Shown here: one piece after another, positions 1 through 11,094 of the stretch | Numbering within the stretch: the first letter of the stretch is position 1 | How the letters are laid out: every line of letters begins with the position of its first letter | NCBI RefSeq assembly: GCF_043995745.1 | Contig: NZ_CP171869.1 | Source of the DNA: Escherichia coli | GTDB lineage: Bacteria; Pseudomonadota; Gammaproteobacteria; Enterobacterales; Enterobacteriaceae | DNA: 24,000 nt | Strand: one strand, 5' to 3' | The notes under the pieces: model-generated | Told to the model about the DNA's origin: nothing | The model's database searches: none | Seen by the model: the letters and a program-made list of their open reading frames with translations, nothing else | Made by a program: the position numbers and the translations under genes

Positions 1-1021
1 ATGTAAATGTTGATATTCCGTTAACCGTACCCGGATTAATTCCCTCACCAGTATTCACATACTTTACATACAACCGGACTGAGGGTGACGTTTCCGTCCC
101 TGTCGATAACTGCCACTGGTTTTCATTTCCCTTTACCGGCGAATCAGGTCCAAACTTCAGGGGCGTACTGTCAGTGTTTTTGTATATTCTCAGCCCGACC
201 CCGGTTGCAGTCGATGACCCCGTCAGTGTGAGTATATCGCTTCTGTTGGACGGTGTGGTCGCATCAGTCAGTGTTGCCCATACTGTTACTCCGGCATCAC
301 ACTGTAATTTCAGTGATGTTGTCCCGGCGACAACTTCATCACCGGATGATGGCAGTTGTCCGACAGAAATTGCTGCCAGGCTGACATTGACTGCGGAAGG
401 TGTCAGTAATCTGCACGATGTTACTGTGTCATTCAGCGTGAATGGACTCAGGCTGAAATTCACCGTAGTCTGAACACTGCCTGCAGATGAACCATTATAG
501 GGCCTCATTCTGATACTCCCGATGCTGGTCTTCTGTACACTGTATCGCGCAGAGGAATTTCTTTTTAAAATTACAGGTGTTACACGAACAGACAGTCCCT
601 GGGTTGATGCAGCATTAGCTCCGACACACCATCCGGAAAATACATTTTCCCATGAGTTTCCGCTCATCGCGGTACCCCTGGAATAATTCGTGTCCCCCAT
701 CCATATAAGGAGCCCCACCTCCTCTGTCAGCCCATAAATACTCTGTCCATCAAGACTGCCAACCACGGGTAAATCCACTTTCCCGTCCAGCCCGACACAA
801 AATCCCTTAGAAATACTCCAGACATTAGCATTCTGATACCCAATGACATTCCCGGTATTATAGACAAATGGCAGGTTATCCATTGCATGAGTTCTGGAAT
901 AAGAGCCTGGAGATGGTCCCACATCGTTTTCCGTACTGCCAATAAATGAAACTGCCGCCTGACTGATATTGCAGCAAACCAGAATGAATACAGCCAGAAA
1001 AACCTTATAAAAATTTGTCAT
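1..1021 (-). CDS. f17G: F17-type fimbrial tip adhesin (GlcNAc-binding lectin, GafD/F17-G family), 3' end truncated by window edge
   Basis: Missing from the ORF track because it runs off the left edge. Minus-strand translation from ATG at 1021 is open to the edge: [134 protein letters not shown]...; recognised F17-G sequence with signal peptide. Confidence 0.95.
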   Translation of the reverse strand, partial: MTNFYKVFLAVFILVCCNISQAAVSFIGSTENDVGPSPGSYSRTHAMDNLPFVYNTGNVIGYQNANVWSISKGFCVGLDGKVDLPVVGSLDGQSIYGLTEEVGLLIWMGDTNYSRGTAMSGNSWENVFSGWCVGANAASTQGLSVRVTPVILKRNSSARYSVQKTSIGSIRMRPYNGSSAGSVQTTVNFSLSPFTLNDTVTSCRLLTPSAVNVSLAAISVGQLPSSGDEVVAGTTSLKLQCDAGVTVWATLTDATTPSNRSDILTLTGSSTATGVGLRIYKNTDSTPLKFGPDSPVKGNENQWQLSTGTETSPSVRLYVKYVNTGEGINPGTVNGISTFT

Positions 1022-1022
1022 A

Positions 1023-3560
1023 TTATTGCCTCATGCATACTACATGATGGTTTTCCGGAACAGCATTTCCCCTGGCATTTTCTCCGGACACGCTATAGTG
1101 AATAACACAACTGTCATTCTGCCCGCTTCCCCAGACTATCCTGAGCGTTCCTTTTTCAGCATCCAGGTCACGTACAAATAACCGGCCTCCCTGAGCAATG
1201 TAACCTGCCGATTTCCCGTCTGCTGTTAATGCTTCCGCAGCCATCGGCGGTGGCGTTCCGTCCGGCATCTTCACATCAAACAACATGGCTTTCCCCGTTT
1301 TTGTTGTGAAGGTCACCATGGTGGTACTGTTGGCCCGGGGAATAATTTCCCGCTCTGTTGCAGACAGCTCCACATCCGCAGCCAGCGCTGTCGGGTCGAT
1401 ACTGATATAATTCTTTTCGTAAGGCGTGACATACGGAACAATGCCGTTACCCCAGGGGTCCAGCCGGTTACCCGGAGCATTATTAATCACCGCCCCACCG
1501 GCACCATCAGCATGAATAACGGTAAATGTGTCACCAAGGTCATTACTGGCCGTCACACCAAACGGATGCGCCACTATTGCCCCGGATATACCGGCAGATA
1601 TCTGACGGTTATGGCGACTGTCATTCCCTGCCGTGGCCTGCAGGGTGGCTACCGGTGAACGATAACTGCCATTCACCGCATACCCTGTCGGTCCGTTTTC
1701 CTGGGTGTTCAGGGACACACCATATGACAGCTGATTGTCATCCCCGCTGACACCACTGATACTGCTCTGAATGCTGTTACTGTTTTTATCGCTGACATTC
1801 ACTGTCGTGGACAGCAACGTCCTTCCCGTATCTGAAAGTGGCAGGGAAAAACTGAAAAAGAACCGGTTATCATGATGATAATCACCACTCCGTCGGGTCT
1901 GGGAAAAGCCAATCTGGTAACTCATTTTTTTCCAGACGTTGTTATAACCGGCCTGGTACTCATTGAATGTCCCTGTATGCCCCCAGTAATGATAAGTGGC
2001 TCCGGTCAGATACAGGTTTCCCCATCCCTCACCAAGACTCTGGTTCACAGTCAACTGCAACTGATTTCTCGGCCGGTAACCAGTTGTACTCCTGACCGAT
2101 GAATCATTAATCACATCACGATTTCTGGTCAGTATGGCATCCCGAAGACTCCAGAAGTCACGGGATGAATAACGGTAAGCCGCCAGCGTCACATTTGTAC
2201 TGGTTTCCGGTATTCGTGCACTGTAACTGGCATGCAGGCTGTAGCCGCGATGTGTCGTGTCAGAATCCGGGAAAGTCGTTCTGGCCAGCGTAATATCCGT
2301 GGCAACAGCCCCCAGTGGTGTGTTGAATGCCACACCTCCCAGCCCTGACAGATAATGAGGTGCGGTACTCATCCCCGTATTCAGAGTGATATCATTTGTC
2401 AGCCCGTACTGCAGGGTCCCCTGGAATACGGTATCGCTGAATGTCCTGTTACCGTAACGATAACGCCCGGCCGCCACCTGCCAGCGACTGAACCCCGGGC
2501 GAACCAGTTGTGCAACCGAAGCAAACGGCACGATAAAACTCCTGGTCTGTCCGTCTGACTCTGTCACAGTGACTGTCAGGTCACCACCATATCCACTGGG
2601 ATAAAGGTCACTGATGGAGAAAGGCCCTGCCGGCACGGTAGTTTCATAAATAATGTTACCGTTCTGCCGGACAGTGACCCTGGCGTTACTTCCGGCTATC
2701 CCCCGAACCACAGGGGCATAACCACGCAACGAACCCGGCAGCATCCGGTCATCAGAAGCCAGTCTTATTCCCCTGAGGCTGTTACTGTCCATAAGCTCAC
2801 CTGTGGTGGTGAAATCCCCCAGTGTCAGTTGCGCACGCAACATGGCTATGTCGTGCTGAAGGTTCGTTTCAATACTCCGGTAACCTTCTGCATGACCGTC
2901 ACTCCAGCTTTCTGTCCCCCGGTGACGAAATGCCCAGCCTCCTGCGTTAAAGCCGGCACGAAGACCAAGATAACTCTGGTTATTTTCCATATCTGTCGTC
3001 CGGTAACGCCAGTGATTCACGTCATAACTGACAAAGGCAGCCGGCACCCCCGTCTGCCACTGAGAAGGTGATATGTATCCCCGTGGACGGGAAACCAGCA
3101 TGGCCTGCGGAATTTCAACATTCAGCCGCAGCAGTGACAGGTCAAAACGGATTTTGGCATCAGGTACAACTGCAGAAAATGGCATGCAACGACCATTTCC
3201 GGTATCCGGTTCACGGGCAACGGCCTCGGGTGACACATCCAGAATGGATAACAGTTCCGGCGTCACACACAGAACACTCTCCTCCTGTGAAGAGGACATA
3301 TCACGGAATGACAATTCCGCATTTCCTTTCCATTCACCGTTCAGATAAATGTCTGAATAATAATTCCCTGAGGGAACAGGATTCCCGTGCGTGAAACGAC
3401 GGACATCAATCACACTGCTCCCTGGCGTGCGGCTCAGAAAACTCGGGTCAAATTCTGCATCCTCTGCCGCCCACAAAGGCGCAGACAGCATATAAAGTCC
3501 CGGCAGACAACATAAATAAATGACACGATATTTCAGACCGGATAAAGAATAATGACTCAC
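1023..3560 (-). CDS. f17C: F17 fimbrial outer-membrane usher protein
   Basis: 845-aa ORF with usher architecture (DPSFLS...[43 protein letters not shown]-terminal Cys pair), between adhesin and chaperone. Confidence 0.95.
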   Translation of the reverse strand: MSHYSLSGLKYRVIYLCCLPGLYMLSAPLWAAEDAEFDPSFLSRTPGSSVIDVRRFTHGNPVPSGNYYSDIYLNGEWKGNAELSFRDMSSSQEESVLCVTPELLSILDVSPEAVAREPDTGNGRCMPFSAVVPDAKIRFDLSLLRLNVEIPQAMLVSRPRGYISPSQWQTGVPAAFVSYDVNHWRYRTTDMENNQSYLGLRAGFNAGGWAFRHRGTESWSDGHAEGYRSIETNLQHDIAMLRAQLTLGDFTTTGELMDSNSLRGIRLASDDRMLPGSLRGYAPVVRGIAGSNARVTVRQNGNIIYETTVPAGPFSISDLYPSGYGGDLTVTVTESDGQTRSFIVPFASVAQLVRPGFSRWQVAAGRYRYGNRTFSDTVFQGTLQYGLTNDITLNTGMSTAPHYLSGLGGVAFNTPLGAVATDITLARTTFPDSDTTHRGYSLHASYSARIPETSTNVTLAAYRYSSRDFWSLRDAILTRNRDVINDSSVRSTTGYRPRNQLQLTVNQSLGEGWGNLYLTGATYHYWGHTGTFNEYQAGYNNVWKKMSYQIGFSQTRRSGDYHHDNRFFFSFSLPLSDTGRTLLSTTVNVSDKNSNSIQSSISGVSGDDNQLSYGVSLNTQENGPTGYAVNGSYRSPVATLQATAGNDSRHNRQISAGISGAIVAHPFGVTASNDLGDTFTVIHADGAGGAVINNAPGNRLDPWGNGIVPYVTPYEKNYISIDPTALAADVELSATEREIIPRANSTTMVTFTTKTGKAMLFDVKMPDGTPPPMAAEALTADGKSAGYIAQGGRLFVRDLDAEKGTLRIVWGSGQNDSCVIHYSVSGENARGNAVPENHHVVCMRQ

Positions 3561-3573
3561 TTACGGGCCCTTA

Positions 3574-4296
3574 TTATTTCAGAACGGATTCACCTTTCTG
3601 GTAACCACCATTATCATTCACCACCGTCCATTCCACTTTTCCTGACGGAGAAACCTTCTGCTTCAGTCTGAAAGTGACAGATGAAAACGGTGCGGCCATC
3701 CCCCCCTGAGTACTGCTGACTTTCTGAGCTCCCTGTCCGACACTGACAGTACTGAAGGTAATAAAATAAGGCGTGGGATTACTGGCCTGAAGGGTATCAC
3801 CGCCTGTAAGCTGCCATGTCACTTTCTTATATGCATCATCAGGAGAAAAAGGCAGACCATCAGGACGGAAAAAAAACTTAATCCGGGTGCGTACGGCAAA
3901 CTGAAGGTAATTATATCCCTGTGCTTTTTCAGATTTTCCGGCAAAAGAAGGTTTGGCCGGAATATCAAGAACATTCAGCCAGAACAGTGATTCCCTGCCT
4001 GCCGGAAGTTTTTCTCCCGTATACATAATTCGCATTGTCTGTCCGGAAAGCGGCTCCATCCGGAAAACAGGAGGCGTAATAATAAACGGCACCCTGACAG
4101 AGTCAGGAGGGGAAGACGGGTCCCCTGTATCAAGCCATGCCTGTATCAGAGATGGCGTACTGTCTCCGTTATTCAGCCGGACATTAATACTTTTTTGTTC
4201 TGCAGGATAAATAACCCTGGTCCCCATAATAACCACACTGCCATATGAGGGCAGAGACAAAAGAACGGTAAAAATGAACAGCAGAATATGTTTCAT
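3574..4296 (-). CDS. f17D: F17 periplasmic fimbrial chaperone
   Basis: PapD-like motifs (GTRVIYPAEQKSINVRLNN, FRMEPLSGQTMRIMYTG, ESLFWLNVLDIP). The ORF track begins at 4323; MKHILLFIFTVLLSLPSYGS at 4296 is the probable signal-peptide start. Confidence 0.93.
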   Translation of the reverse strand: MKHILLFIFTVLLSLPSYGSVVIMGTRVIYPAEQKSINVRLNNGDSTPSLIQAWLDTGDPSSPPDSVRVPFIITPPVFRMEPLSGQTMRIMYTGEKLPAGRESLFWLNVLDIPAKPSFAGKSEKAQGYNYLQFAVRTRIKFFFRPDGLPFSPDDAYKKVTWQLTGGDTLQASNPTPYFITFSTVSVGQGAQKVSSTQGGMAAPFSSVTFRLKQKVSPSGKVEWTVVNDNGGYQKGESVLK

Positions 4297-4363
4297 ACAG
4301 GCTCCGTAAACACGGGGCAACAATGCCCCGTGAACACTTAAGAAGGCAGGTATTAAGATAAAA

Positions 4364-4909
4364 TTACTGATAAGCGATGGTGTAATTCACAGTGGCAGAA
4401 ACGTTGCCGGCGGTGGCCTGACCCGTTGCATAGTACTGTGCGTTATAACGTAACGTCACATTTGTACCATTAATAGCAACAGGTGTTACCGCCTGACCAG
4501 CAGAATCAGTACCGAGTAATATCGGTGTGGTACCATCGGCATTCAGAAGCTGGATCTGAACATTTGTTGCATTACCAGAGCCGCTTGCAATATTAAGGTT
4601 ATGACTATCATAATCAGTGGTCGCATTAGGCTCAAAATAAGCCTTCACATTCTCAGCACCTGCTGAAGCAGGACTGGTACAGCCTTCCAGTGAAATTGTG
4701 AAAGGGGTAAGGCCTGCCACCTTCCCATTTGAAGTTAATGAATTAGAGGAGACAGTTGGTAGCGTAACTGTCAAATTCTTGCTTTCTGTCGTAACAGAAC
4801 AAGTTTGATCAACAACTTTTCCATTAAAAGTAATTGTACCGTCATAAGCAAGCGTAGCAGAAGATGACGCAGCCGCCAGTATTCCAAGGATAAATTGAAT
4901 TTTCCGCAT
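4364..4909 (-). CDS. f17A: F17 major fimbrial subunit
   Basis: 181 aa, signal peptide, MRKIQFILGILAAASSSATLAYDGTITFNGKVVDQTCSVTTESKNLTVTLPTVS... ending VNYTIAYQ; recognised F17-A family. Confidence 0.95.
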   Translation of the reverse strand: MRKIQFILGILAAASSSATLAYDGTITFNGKVVDQTCSVTTESKNLTVTLPTVSSNSLTSNGKVAGLTPFTISLEGCTSPASAGAENVKAYFEPNATTDYDSHNLNIASGSGNATNVQIQLLNADGTTPILLGTDSAGQAVTPVAINGTNVTLRYNAQYYATGQATAGNVSATVNYTIAYQ

Positions 4910-5009
4910 AGGATCCTCAGTGAAAACTGATAAGAATATATCATGGAAACAACAACAATTAAGAATTTACCTTAATATATTAAGAATAAATTTAATTGCC
5001 TATATAAAA

Positions 5010-5117
5010 GATCATCCATAGTTAAAAAACTTTCAAAACGTTAAAAACGATCGATATTCTTATTTTGATAGTTAAAAGCTATCAATCAATAAATTAACGA
5101 TCGACTGTAACGATCGA
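5010..5117. promoter_or_regulatory. Candidate Dam/Lrp-type regulatory region upstream of the F17 operon
   Basis: GATC sites at 5010, 5049, 5099 and 5112. Three identical ACGATCGA octamers at 5047-5054, 5097-5104, 5110-5117. Hyphenated palindrome TTGATAG-N7-CTATCAA at 5065-5085. Confidence 0.45.
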
Positions 5118-5180
5118 TAAAATATATGAATCAACGTCGCCAAATGAAATAACACATCTGCAAAAGGTGATGACTCCAAC

Positions 5181-5684
5181 TTATTGATAGTGTTTTATGT
5201 TCAGATAATGCCCGATGACTTTGTCATGCAGCTCCACCGATTTTGAGAACGACAGCGACTTCCGTCCCAGCCGTGCCAGGTGCTGCCTCAGATTCAGGTT
5301 ATGCCGCTCAATGCGCTGAGTGTAACGCTTGCTGATAACGTGCAGCTTTCCCTTCAGGCATGATTCATACAGCGGCCAGCCATCCGTCATCCATACCACG
5401 ACCTCAAAGGCCGACAGCAGGCTCAGAAGACGCTCCAGTGTGGCCAGAGTGCGTTCACCGAAGATGTGCGCCACAACTGTCCTCCGTATCCTGTCATACG
5501 CGTAAAACAGCCAGCGCTGACGTGATTTAGCACCGACGTAGCCCCACTGTTCGTCCATTTCAGCGCAGACAATCACATCACTGCCCGGTTGTATGCGCGA
5601 GGTTACCGACTGCGGCCTGAGTTTTTTAAGTGACGTAAAACCGTGTTGAGGCCAACGCCCATAATGCGTGCACTGGTGCGACAT
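5181..5684 (-). CDS. insB: IS1 transposase ORF B
   Basis: 167 aa, ...[25 protein letters not shown]...[48 protein letters not shown]. Confidence 0.95.
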   Translation of the reverse strand: MSHQCTHYGRWPQHGFTSLKKLRPQSVTSRIQPGSDVIVCAEMDEQWGYVGAKSRQRWLFYAYDRIRRTVVAHIFGERTLATLERLLSLLSAFEVVVWMTDGWPLYESCLKGKLHVISKRYTQRIERHNLNLRQHLARLGRKSLSFSKSVELHDKVIGHYLNIKHYQ

Positions 5685-5878
5685 CCGACGCCATTCATGG
5701 CCATATCAATGATTTTCTGGTGCTTACCGGGCTGAGAGGCGGTGTAAGTGAACTGTAGTTGCCATGTTTTACGGCAGTGAGAGCAGAGATAGCGCTGATG
5801 TCCGGCAGTGCTTTTGCCGTTACGCACCACGCCTTCAGTAGCGGAGCAGGAAGGACATCTGATGGAAATGGAAGCCAC
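5603..5878 (-). CDS. insA: IS1 protein InsA
   Basis: 91 aa [91 protein letters not shown]. Confidence 0.95.
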   Translation of the reverse strand: MASISIRCPSCSATEGVVRNGKSTAGHQRYLCSHCRKTWQLQFTYTASQPGKHQKIIDMAMNGVGCRTSARIMGVGLNTVLRHLKNSGRSR

Positions 5879-6088
5879 ACAAGCACCTTAAAATCACCAT
5901 CATACACTAAATCAGTAAGTTGGCAGCATTACCTCTGCAAAATAAAACTTTTTCATATTCAATAAATTAAATTAATTTCTATTTGTAACTATTATTTTTG
6001 ATCATGTATACGTTTTTAATCATAAATAATAATAATTAGCTTAGTTGATTAGTAAGCGTGCAGCAAGAACCGTATTGACGGGGATGTG

Positions 6089-7627
6089 TTATTCAGTCGG
6101 CAGTGCTACGCGCCAGGGGAGCAGTTCGCCGACCCGGTTTATCGGCCAGTCGGCTATGACGTCAAGGACATAGCGGAGGTAGCTTTCTGGCTCCACTCCG
6201 TTCAGTTTGCACGTCCCGATCAGGCTGTACAGCAGCGCTCCCCGCTCTCCTCCATGATCCGAACCGAAGAACAGGTAGTTTTTGCGGCCCAGACTGACCA
6301 TCCGCAACGCATTTTCAGCGATGTTATTGTCCGCCTCAGCCCAGCCATCATCTGCATAGTACGTCAGCGCCGGCCACTGGTTCAGGGCGTATGCGAACGC
6401 TTTCGCCAGTTCTGAGTGTCGCGACAGGGTTTTCATCTTTTCACGCAGCCAGCTTTCCAGGGATTTCAGCAGCGGTTTCGTTTTCAACTGACGTTCGGCA
6501 AGGCGCTGTTCCGCCGTCATTCCCCTTATCTCTGCCTCGATGGCGTACAGTTCGCCGATCCGTTTCAGCGCTTCCTCCGTCAGGGCTGACGGGGTGCGAA
6601 CGTGCACATCGTGGATTTTACGGCGGGCGTGAGCCCAACAGGCGGCTTCCGTTATCCGGCCATCCCGGTACAGCTCGTTGAACCCGGCGTATGCATCCGC
6701 CTGCAGTACACCACTGAACCCCGCAAGATGGGTCTGCGGATGGATGCCTTTTCTGTCCGGGCTGTAAGCGAACCACACCGCCGGCGCCAGCGTTGACCCG
6801 GCGTTACGGTCGTCACGAACATACGCCCACAACCGCCCGGTCTTCGTTTTCTTATTGCCTGGCAACAGCACCGGGACAGGCGTGTCATCAACATGGAGCT
6901 TACCGTCAGTCAGCACATAGCCATGAAGCGCCTCTTCCAGCGGAGACAGCAGCCGGCAGCATGCATCCACCCAGCCCGACAGCAGTGAACGGCTCAGCTC
7001 CACACCTTGCCGGCCGTATATTTCTGACTGGCGATACAGCGGGGTGTGCTCTGCATACTTCGAGGTCAGCACGCGGGCCAGCAGCCCCGGTCCGGCGATA
7101 CCCCGCTCGATGGGCCGCGAAGGTGCAGGTGCCTGCACGATGGCATCGCACTGAGTACAGGCATGTTTTTCCCGTACCGTCCGGATAACCCGGAAGGCGC
7201 TACGCATCAACTCCAGCTGTTCGGCGGTATCCTCGCCCAGATAGCTCAGTGAACCGCCGCAGTTCGGGCAGCACGGCGCCGCAGGCAACAGTCGCTTTTC
7301 GTCACGGGGTAGTGATTCAGGGAACGGCTTACGGGTGCGGGTCTGACGCAACGGACGCTGTACTGCCGGGTCATACACCCTACCAGTCAGCGTATCGCTC
7401 TCTTTCTGAAGCCGGTTCAGATCGGCTTCCATTTGTGCGATACGGCGGGAGACTTTTTCGGAACGACTGCCGAAGTTCATCCGGCGGAGTTTATCCAGTT
7501 GCGCCTGCAGATGGTCTATTTCGCGCTCCCGGTTGCTCAGCTTTTCCTGCAGGGCGTGGATCAGCGCTTCCTGTTCGGCCAGGCGCTGTTTCAGCAGGAA
7601 GATGTCGTCAGAAGAGATGTCGTTCAT
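6089..7627 (-). CDS. tnpC: IS66-family transposase TnpC
   Basis: 512 aa; N-terminal coiled coil, CPNCGG/ACTQCD zinc-finger-like, [21 protein letters not shown]...[31 protein letters not shown]. Confidence 0.95.
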   Translation of the reverse strand: MNDISSDDIFLLKQRLAEQEALIHALQEKLSNREREIDHLQAQLDKLRRMNFGSRSEKVSRRIAQMEADLNRLQKESDTLTGRVYDPAVQRPLRQTRTRKPFPESLPRDEKRLLPAAPCCPNCGGSLSYLGEDTAEQLELMRSAFRVIRTVREKHACTQCDAIVQAPAPSRPIERGIAGPGLLARVLTSKYAEHTPLYRQSEIYGRQGVELSRSLLSGWVDACCRLLSPLEEALHGYVLTDGKLHVDDTPVPVLLPGNKKTKTGRLWAYVRDDRNAGSTLAPAVWFAYSPDRKGIHPQTHLAGFSGVLQADAYAGFNELYRDGRITEAACWAHARRKIHDVHVRTPSALTEEALKRIGELYAIEAEIRGMTAEQRLAERQLKTKPLLKSLESWLREKMKTLSRHSELAKAFAYALNQWPALTYYADDGWAEADNNIAENALRMVSLGRKNYLFFGSDHGGERGALLYSLIGTCKLNGVEPESYLRYVLDVIADWPINRVGELLPWRVALPTE

Positions 7628-7676
7628 AAGCCCGTATTTTACCGGGCTTATTCTGTGACAACCAGGATAAAGAGAT

Positions 7677-8024
7677 TTACAGCATGGTCAGGGAGGTCAG
7701 CAGCCGCTTAGGCTGTCGCCAGTCGATACCTTCCAGCAGCATCGCCAACTGCGCCTGCGTAAGGAACACTTTGCCATCACGGGCTGACGGCCAGGCGAAG
7801 CGCCCACGCTCCAGCCGTTTGGTCAGGAGGCACAGCCCGTCACCGGTGGACCACAGCAGTTTAACCTGACTGCCGCTGCGGCCCCGGAAAATGAAAACAT
7901 GGCCGGACATGGGATCGTCTTTCAGCGCCGTCTGTACTTTCGCAGCCAGGCCGTTGAAGCCATTTCTCATATCGGTGATACCGGCAACCAGCCAAATTTT
8001 GGTCCCGGAAGGTAACGGGATCAT
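7677..8024 (-). CDS. tnpB: IS66-family accessory protein TnpB
   Basis: 115 aa [31 protein letters not shown]...[36 protein letters not shown]. Confidence 0.95.
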   Translation of the reverse strand: MIPLPSGTKIWLVAGITDMRNGFNGLAAKVQTALKDDPMSGHVFIFRGRSGSQVKLLWSTGDGLCLLTKRLERGRFAWPSARDGKVFLTQAQLAMLLEGIDWRQPKRLLTSLTML

Positions 8025-8422
8025 CGCTTCAGTTCCTGTATCAGCAGAGTCAGGAGCTTTTCGCTGACATTGCCATTGAAGCGGAGCGTCCCGTGCCGGA
8101 ACGTTACCTCACAGCTGATACTGAGGGTTTTCGGGTCCTCTGCGAGCGATTCTGGCTGTTCGGCAGCTGCATCGAGAGTCACAGGAAGTAGCTGGGGGCT
8201 CTCTGAAGAAGGTAATAGCAGCTTTCCCTCGCGCCATTGTTGTCGCCATTTGAACAACAGATTGGCGTTAATGCCATTTTCAAGAGCAAGTTTTGAGATG
8301 GATATCCCGGGTTCACAGGAGGCAGCAACGAGCTGCTGTTTAAATTCGGGAGGATAATTAGGGCAGCCTTTTCGCCTGCCGGGAGTCACATTTTTCTGCA
8401 TATCTGACACTTTGGTTCCCAC
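8021..8422 (-). CDS. tnpA: IS66-family accessory protein TnpA
   Basis: 133 aa with YPPEFKQQLVAASCEPGISISKLALENGINANLLFKWRQQW helix-turn-helix; overlaps tnpB start by 4 nt. Confidence 0.93.
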   Translation of the reverse strand: MGTKVSDMQKNVTPGRRKGCPNYPPEFKQQLVAASCEPGISISKLALENGINANLLFKWRQQWREGKLLLPSSESPQLLPVTLDAAAEQPESLAEDPKTLSISCEVTFRHGTLRFNGNVSEKLLTLLIQELKR

Positions 8423-9227
8423 TACTTATTTGGTGGACACCACTTTGTCTAATTCGTCAGATTCTGACCAGACGGTTCAGGCTGTACGCTTACGTTGATT
8501 ATATAAAGGCTGTTTAGCCTGTGTTTAAGTTTTCATTTTTGTGAATTAAATCACAAACAAGGATTTTCTACGAATATAAATATATATAAAGTAAGATATA
8601 TTATGTGCGTGTTTTATGCAGGTTATTGTTATTACCCCTATTTTCCAACATGTTAATCACTTTCTCCACTATCTGACTTAGTTCCTTTCCTGTTCCAGGA
8701 AACCATTCATCACATTGCAGGAGAACATTGTCTGCGGGGAAATGGGATGCAGAAACTTACAGACTACTGGCAACTTTAAATCTGTTTTTTTAATTTAAAA
8801 ATATATAGTTATACACGACAATACAGTATCCAGCGAGACCACGAAGTACCGCAGCCAGGGAAAACAGACAAGAGAAACATACTACAAAATAATATTGTAG
8901 CCATGCCAATAAATTCGTTCTTATCGTCACAGTTACGTCTTACGGCGAAGGAGATCAGTGCTCCACGGTACCAGCTACCGTGTTAAGTTAAGAAAAAATA
9001 GATTCCAACTTTTAGTGAATAGCCTCCTGTGCATTGTGGGATGTCTGTGTCAGCAAACTGCCTGCGTTATCTTTTGATTCATCGCAGGAACCTATCTAAT
9101 AAGCTAACACATATTTACGTTAATAAATCCAGTGCTACATGGCACCGCCGCATCATTTTACCTTGAATGCGCTATTCTCATCAGAAAAACAATATTTTGT
9201 ATCAAACGTTTTTATGTTTTCAGTACT

Positions 9228-9600
9228 CTATAAATACCAGTGAGCAAGTTTTCGAATCAGTGCGCCAATAGCACACATTTTTGCCTTGCCACGCTGGTAT
9301 AATAGCTCACACATTGCCATCATCGCCGGATTAAATCTCATGTCACATAACAATGCCAGATTGAGTTTTGAACGAATCTCTGGAGGCCCGATTTTTATCC
9401 CCCTGACCTCTGATTGAAGTACCTGAATTCTTTTCAACTGGCACTACTCCGGGAAAGACAGCGGCCTGTTCTGCTGTTTCGAAATGATAGCAACGCAGAA
9501 TGACCAGCATATTCAGACCCAACAGAAAACCAACAGATTTTATTGACATCAGTAGATCAAAAATTGTATTAATTCAGGATGCTGATCAAGATGGTTTTGC
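9228..9600 (-). pseudogene. IS110-family transposase C-terminal remnant, frameshifted
   Basis: Two minus-strand frames together resemble the IS110 C-terminus: MSIKSVGFLLGLNMLVIL...FETAEQAAVFPGVVPVEKNSGTSIRG, then GPPEIRSKLNLALLCDMRFNPAMMAMCELLYQRGKAKMCAIGALIRKLAHWYL. Left and right limits approximate. Confidence 0.75.
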
Positions 9601-9942
9601 ATAAGAGTGTACAGACGCTTCAGTTCTACACTTAAATTGCAGAGTATGTTTTCTGTGGATTCAGTAAACTGCCCCGACAATCCCGAAAACTAAACTCCTT
9701 GATAAACTGGTAAACCGGATGACTAAAAATACACGTTTTTTCCCTTGAAGTCTGATAAGCGTCAACAGAGCACCGTATTGACGCTTATTATTGGTGAGTA
9801 CTACGTTCCATGGCAAGAGTTCGTCAAACACGGTTGGAGGGCCATTCTGTCAACGACGGATGAAAAGTGGCTCTTCCGCAACCTGGGTGGAAGAAAATGG
9901 ATGAAACTTTCTGGTGAACAAGGATCTAAGCTGTTTTAAGTT

Positions 9943-10722
9943 ATGGGCAACGCAATGCACTCTCTTAAGACACTTCTACAGTTACCTTGCGGATGGCGAT
10001 GCAGTCGACAAATTATTAGCTCTGACGGTATAACCCTCCATCTCCGCGGAAAACGCAAAACAGCACAATGCCCTGAATGCCTTAAATGCAGCGACTCTGT
10101 TCATAGTTGTCGTCAGCGCCGGATACAGCATTTACCCTGCTCAGGGCAGACACTATGGCTTGTATTTTCCGTCCGCCACAGGTACTGCCGTAACCCTGCT
10201 TGTTCACGAAAAATTTTTGCCGGGTCGCTTGCCCCCTTCGCCGGTTCACACCAGCAGTCTTCACAGGCGTTACAAAATTTACAACGTTAACTGGGATTAA
10301 TAGCCGGAAGTGAGGCCGGGAAACGGGTGGTAACGGCAGTGGGTCTCCGTTGTAGTGCAGATACTCTTCTTCGCAGGGTTATCAATACCCCAGAGACGAA
10401 ACTGTCAGGCTCATCCCATGTCGGTATTGATGAGTGGGCGTGGCATCGGGGCCACCGTTACGGTACGTTAATAGTCAATCTTGATACTCACCGTCCCCTC
10501 GTCCTGTTTCCCGACCGCGATCAGCGTACGCTGGCGACCTGGTTCAGAAAATATCCGGAAATACAGGTTGTCTCGCGTGATCGCAATGGAGTCTATGCGA
10601 CAGCAGCACGTGAAGGTGCACCTCAGGCCAGACAGGTGGTCGATCGATGGCACCTGCTAAAAAATATTGGCGATGCGCTTGAACGAATGAGCTACTCTCG
10701 GGTACCACAATTTCACCGATAA
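9943..10722 (+). pseudogene. ISL3-family transposase, interrupted by in-frame TAA (10288-10290) and 3' truncated
   Basis: N-terminal zinc-finger-like region (CPECLKC...HRYCRNPAC) and, in the same frame after TAA, VVTAVGLRCSADTLLRRVINTPE...HVGIDEWAWHRGHRYGTLIVNLDTHRPLVLFPDRD...VVSRDRNGVYATAAREGAPQARQVVDRWHLLKNIGDALERM. Confidence 0.85.
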
Positions 10723-11094
10723 TACTGCAACCTCGAAAGGAAGTAATCTGGCGCGGGGACAAACTTATCAAGGTTCACAGTTTTAGCAGTTTTCTAAGCG
10801 TCCAGCATACTCTTAGCTTTCCCCAGCCATAAGCATTCATCATTTCGGCGGGAGCCCCTTATCGTTGTAACCTCTTTATCCCGGGCCGTCACTTTCGAAG
10901 AGGGAACAAGATGTATGTACTTTCCCCTCATACACTATGGCATTATTTATTGTGATACGTTACTGAGCCATCCGCAAAAGCACTTACCTAAACGCAAACT
11001 AACCGCAGGTCAGTCTTTTGCTGACCTTGCGTGGAAACAGTACCACGTCACAGACACTGCGCAGCATCGGCTGCATTTACGGAGATTTGTGAAT

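Larger units (their letters stand above)
5166..5933 (-). mobile_element. IS1, complete (768 bp), with 9-bp target-site duplication TCTGCAAAA (5157-5165 and 5934-5942)
   Basis: Ends ggtgatgactccaact... and ...agttggcagcattacc, length exactly 768, perfect 9-bp direct flanks. Confidence 0.97.
6052..8493 (-). mobile_element. IS66-family element (ISEc8-like, 2442 bp), complete, with 8-bp TSD GTTGATTA (6044-6051 and 8494-8501)
   Basis: Terminal inverted repeats gtaagcgtgcagc / gctgtacgcttac; perfect 8-bp flanking duplication; tnpA-tnpB-tnpC order. Confidence 0.93.

Noticed and set aside
174-473. Plus-strand 99-aa ORF over the start of the window
   Set aside because: It lies antisense to the F17-G adhesin, which reads open on the minus strand across the whole interval.
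1526-3394. Plus-strand ORFs of 60-108 aa inside the usher region (1526, 1872, 2355, 2829, 3068, 3073)
   Set aside because: Antisense to the well-supported 845-aa usher; no RBS or recognisable product.
6086-8357. Plus-strand ORFs (109, 96, 131, 126, 92, 95 aa, etc.) within the IS66-family element
   Set aside because: High-GC shadow ORFs antisense to tnpC/tnpB/tnpA.
9745-9939. 64-aa plus-strand ORF before the ISL3 transposase remnant
   Set aside because: No recognisable family or supporting signals; too short to claim.
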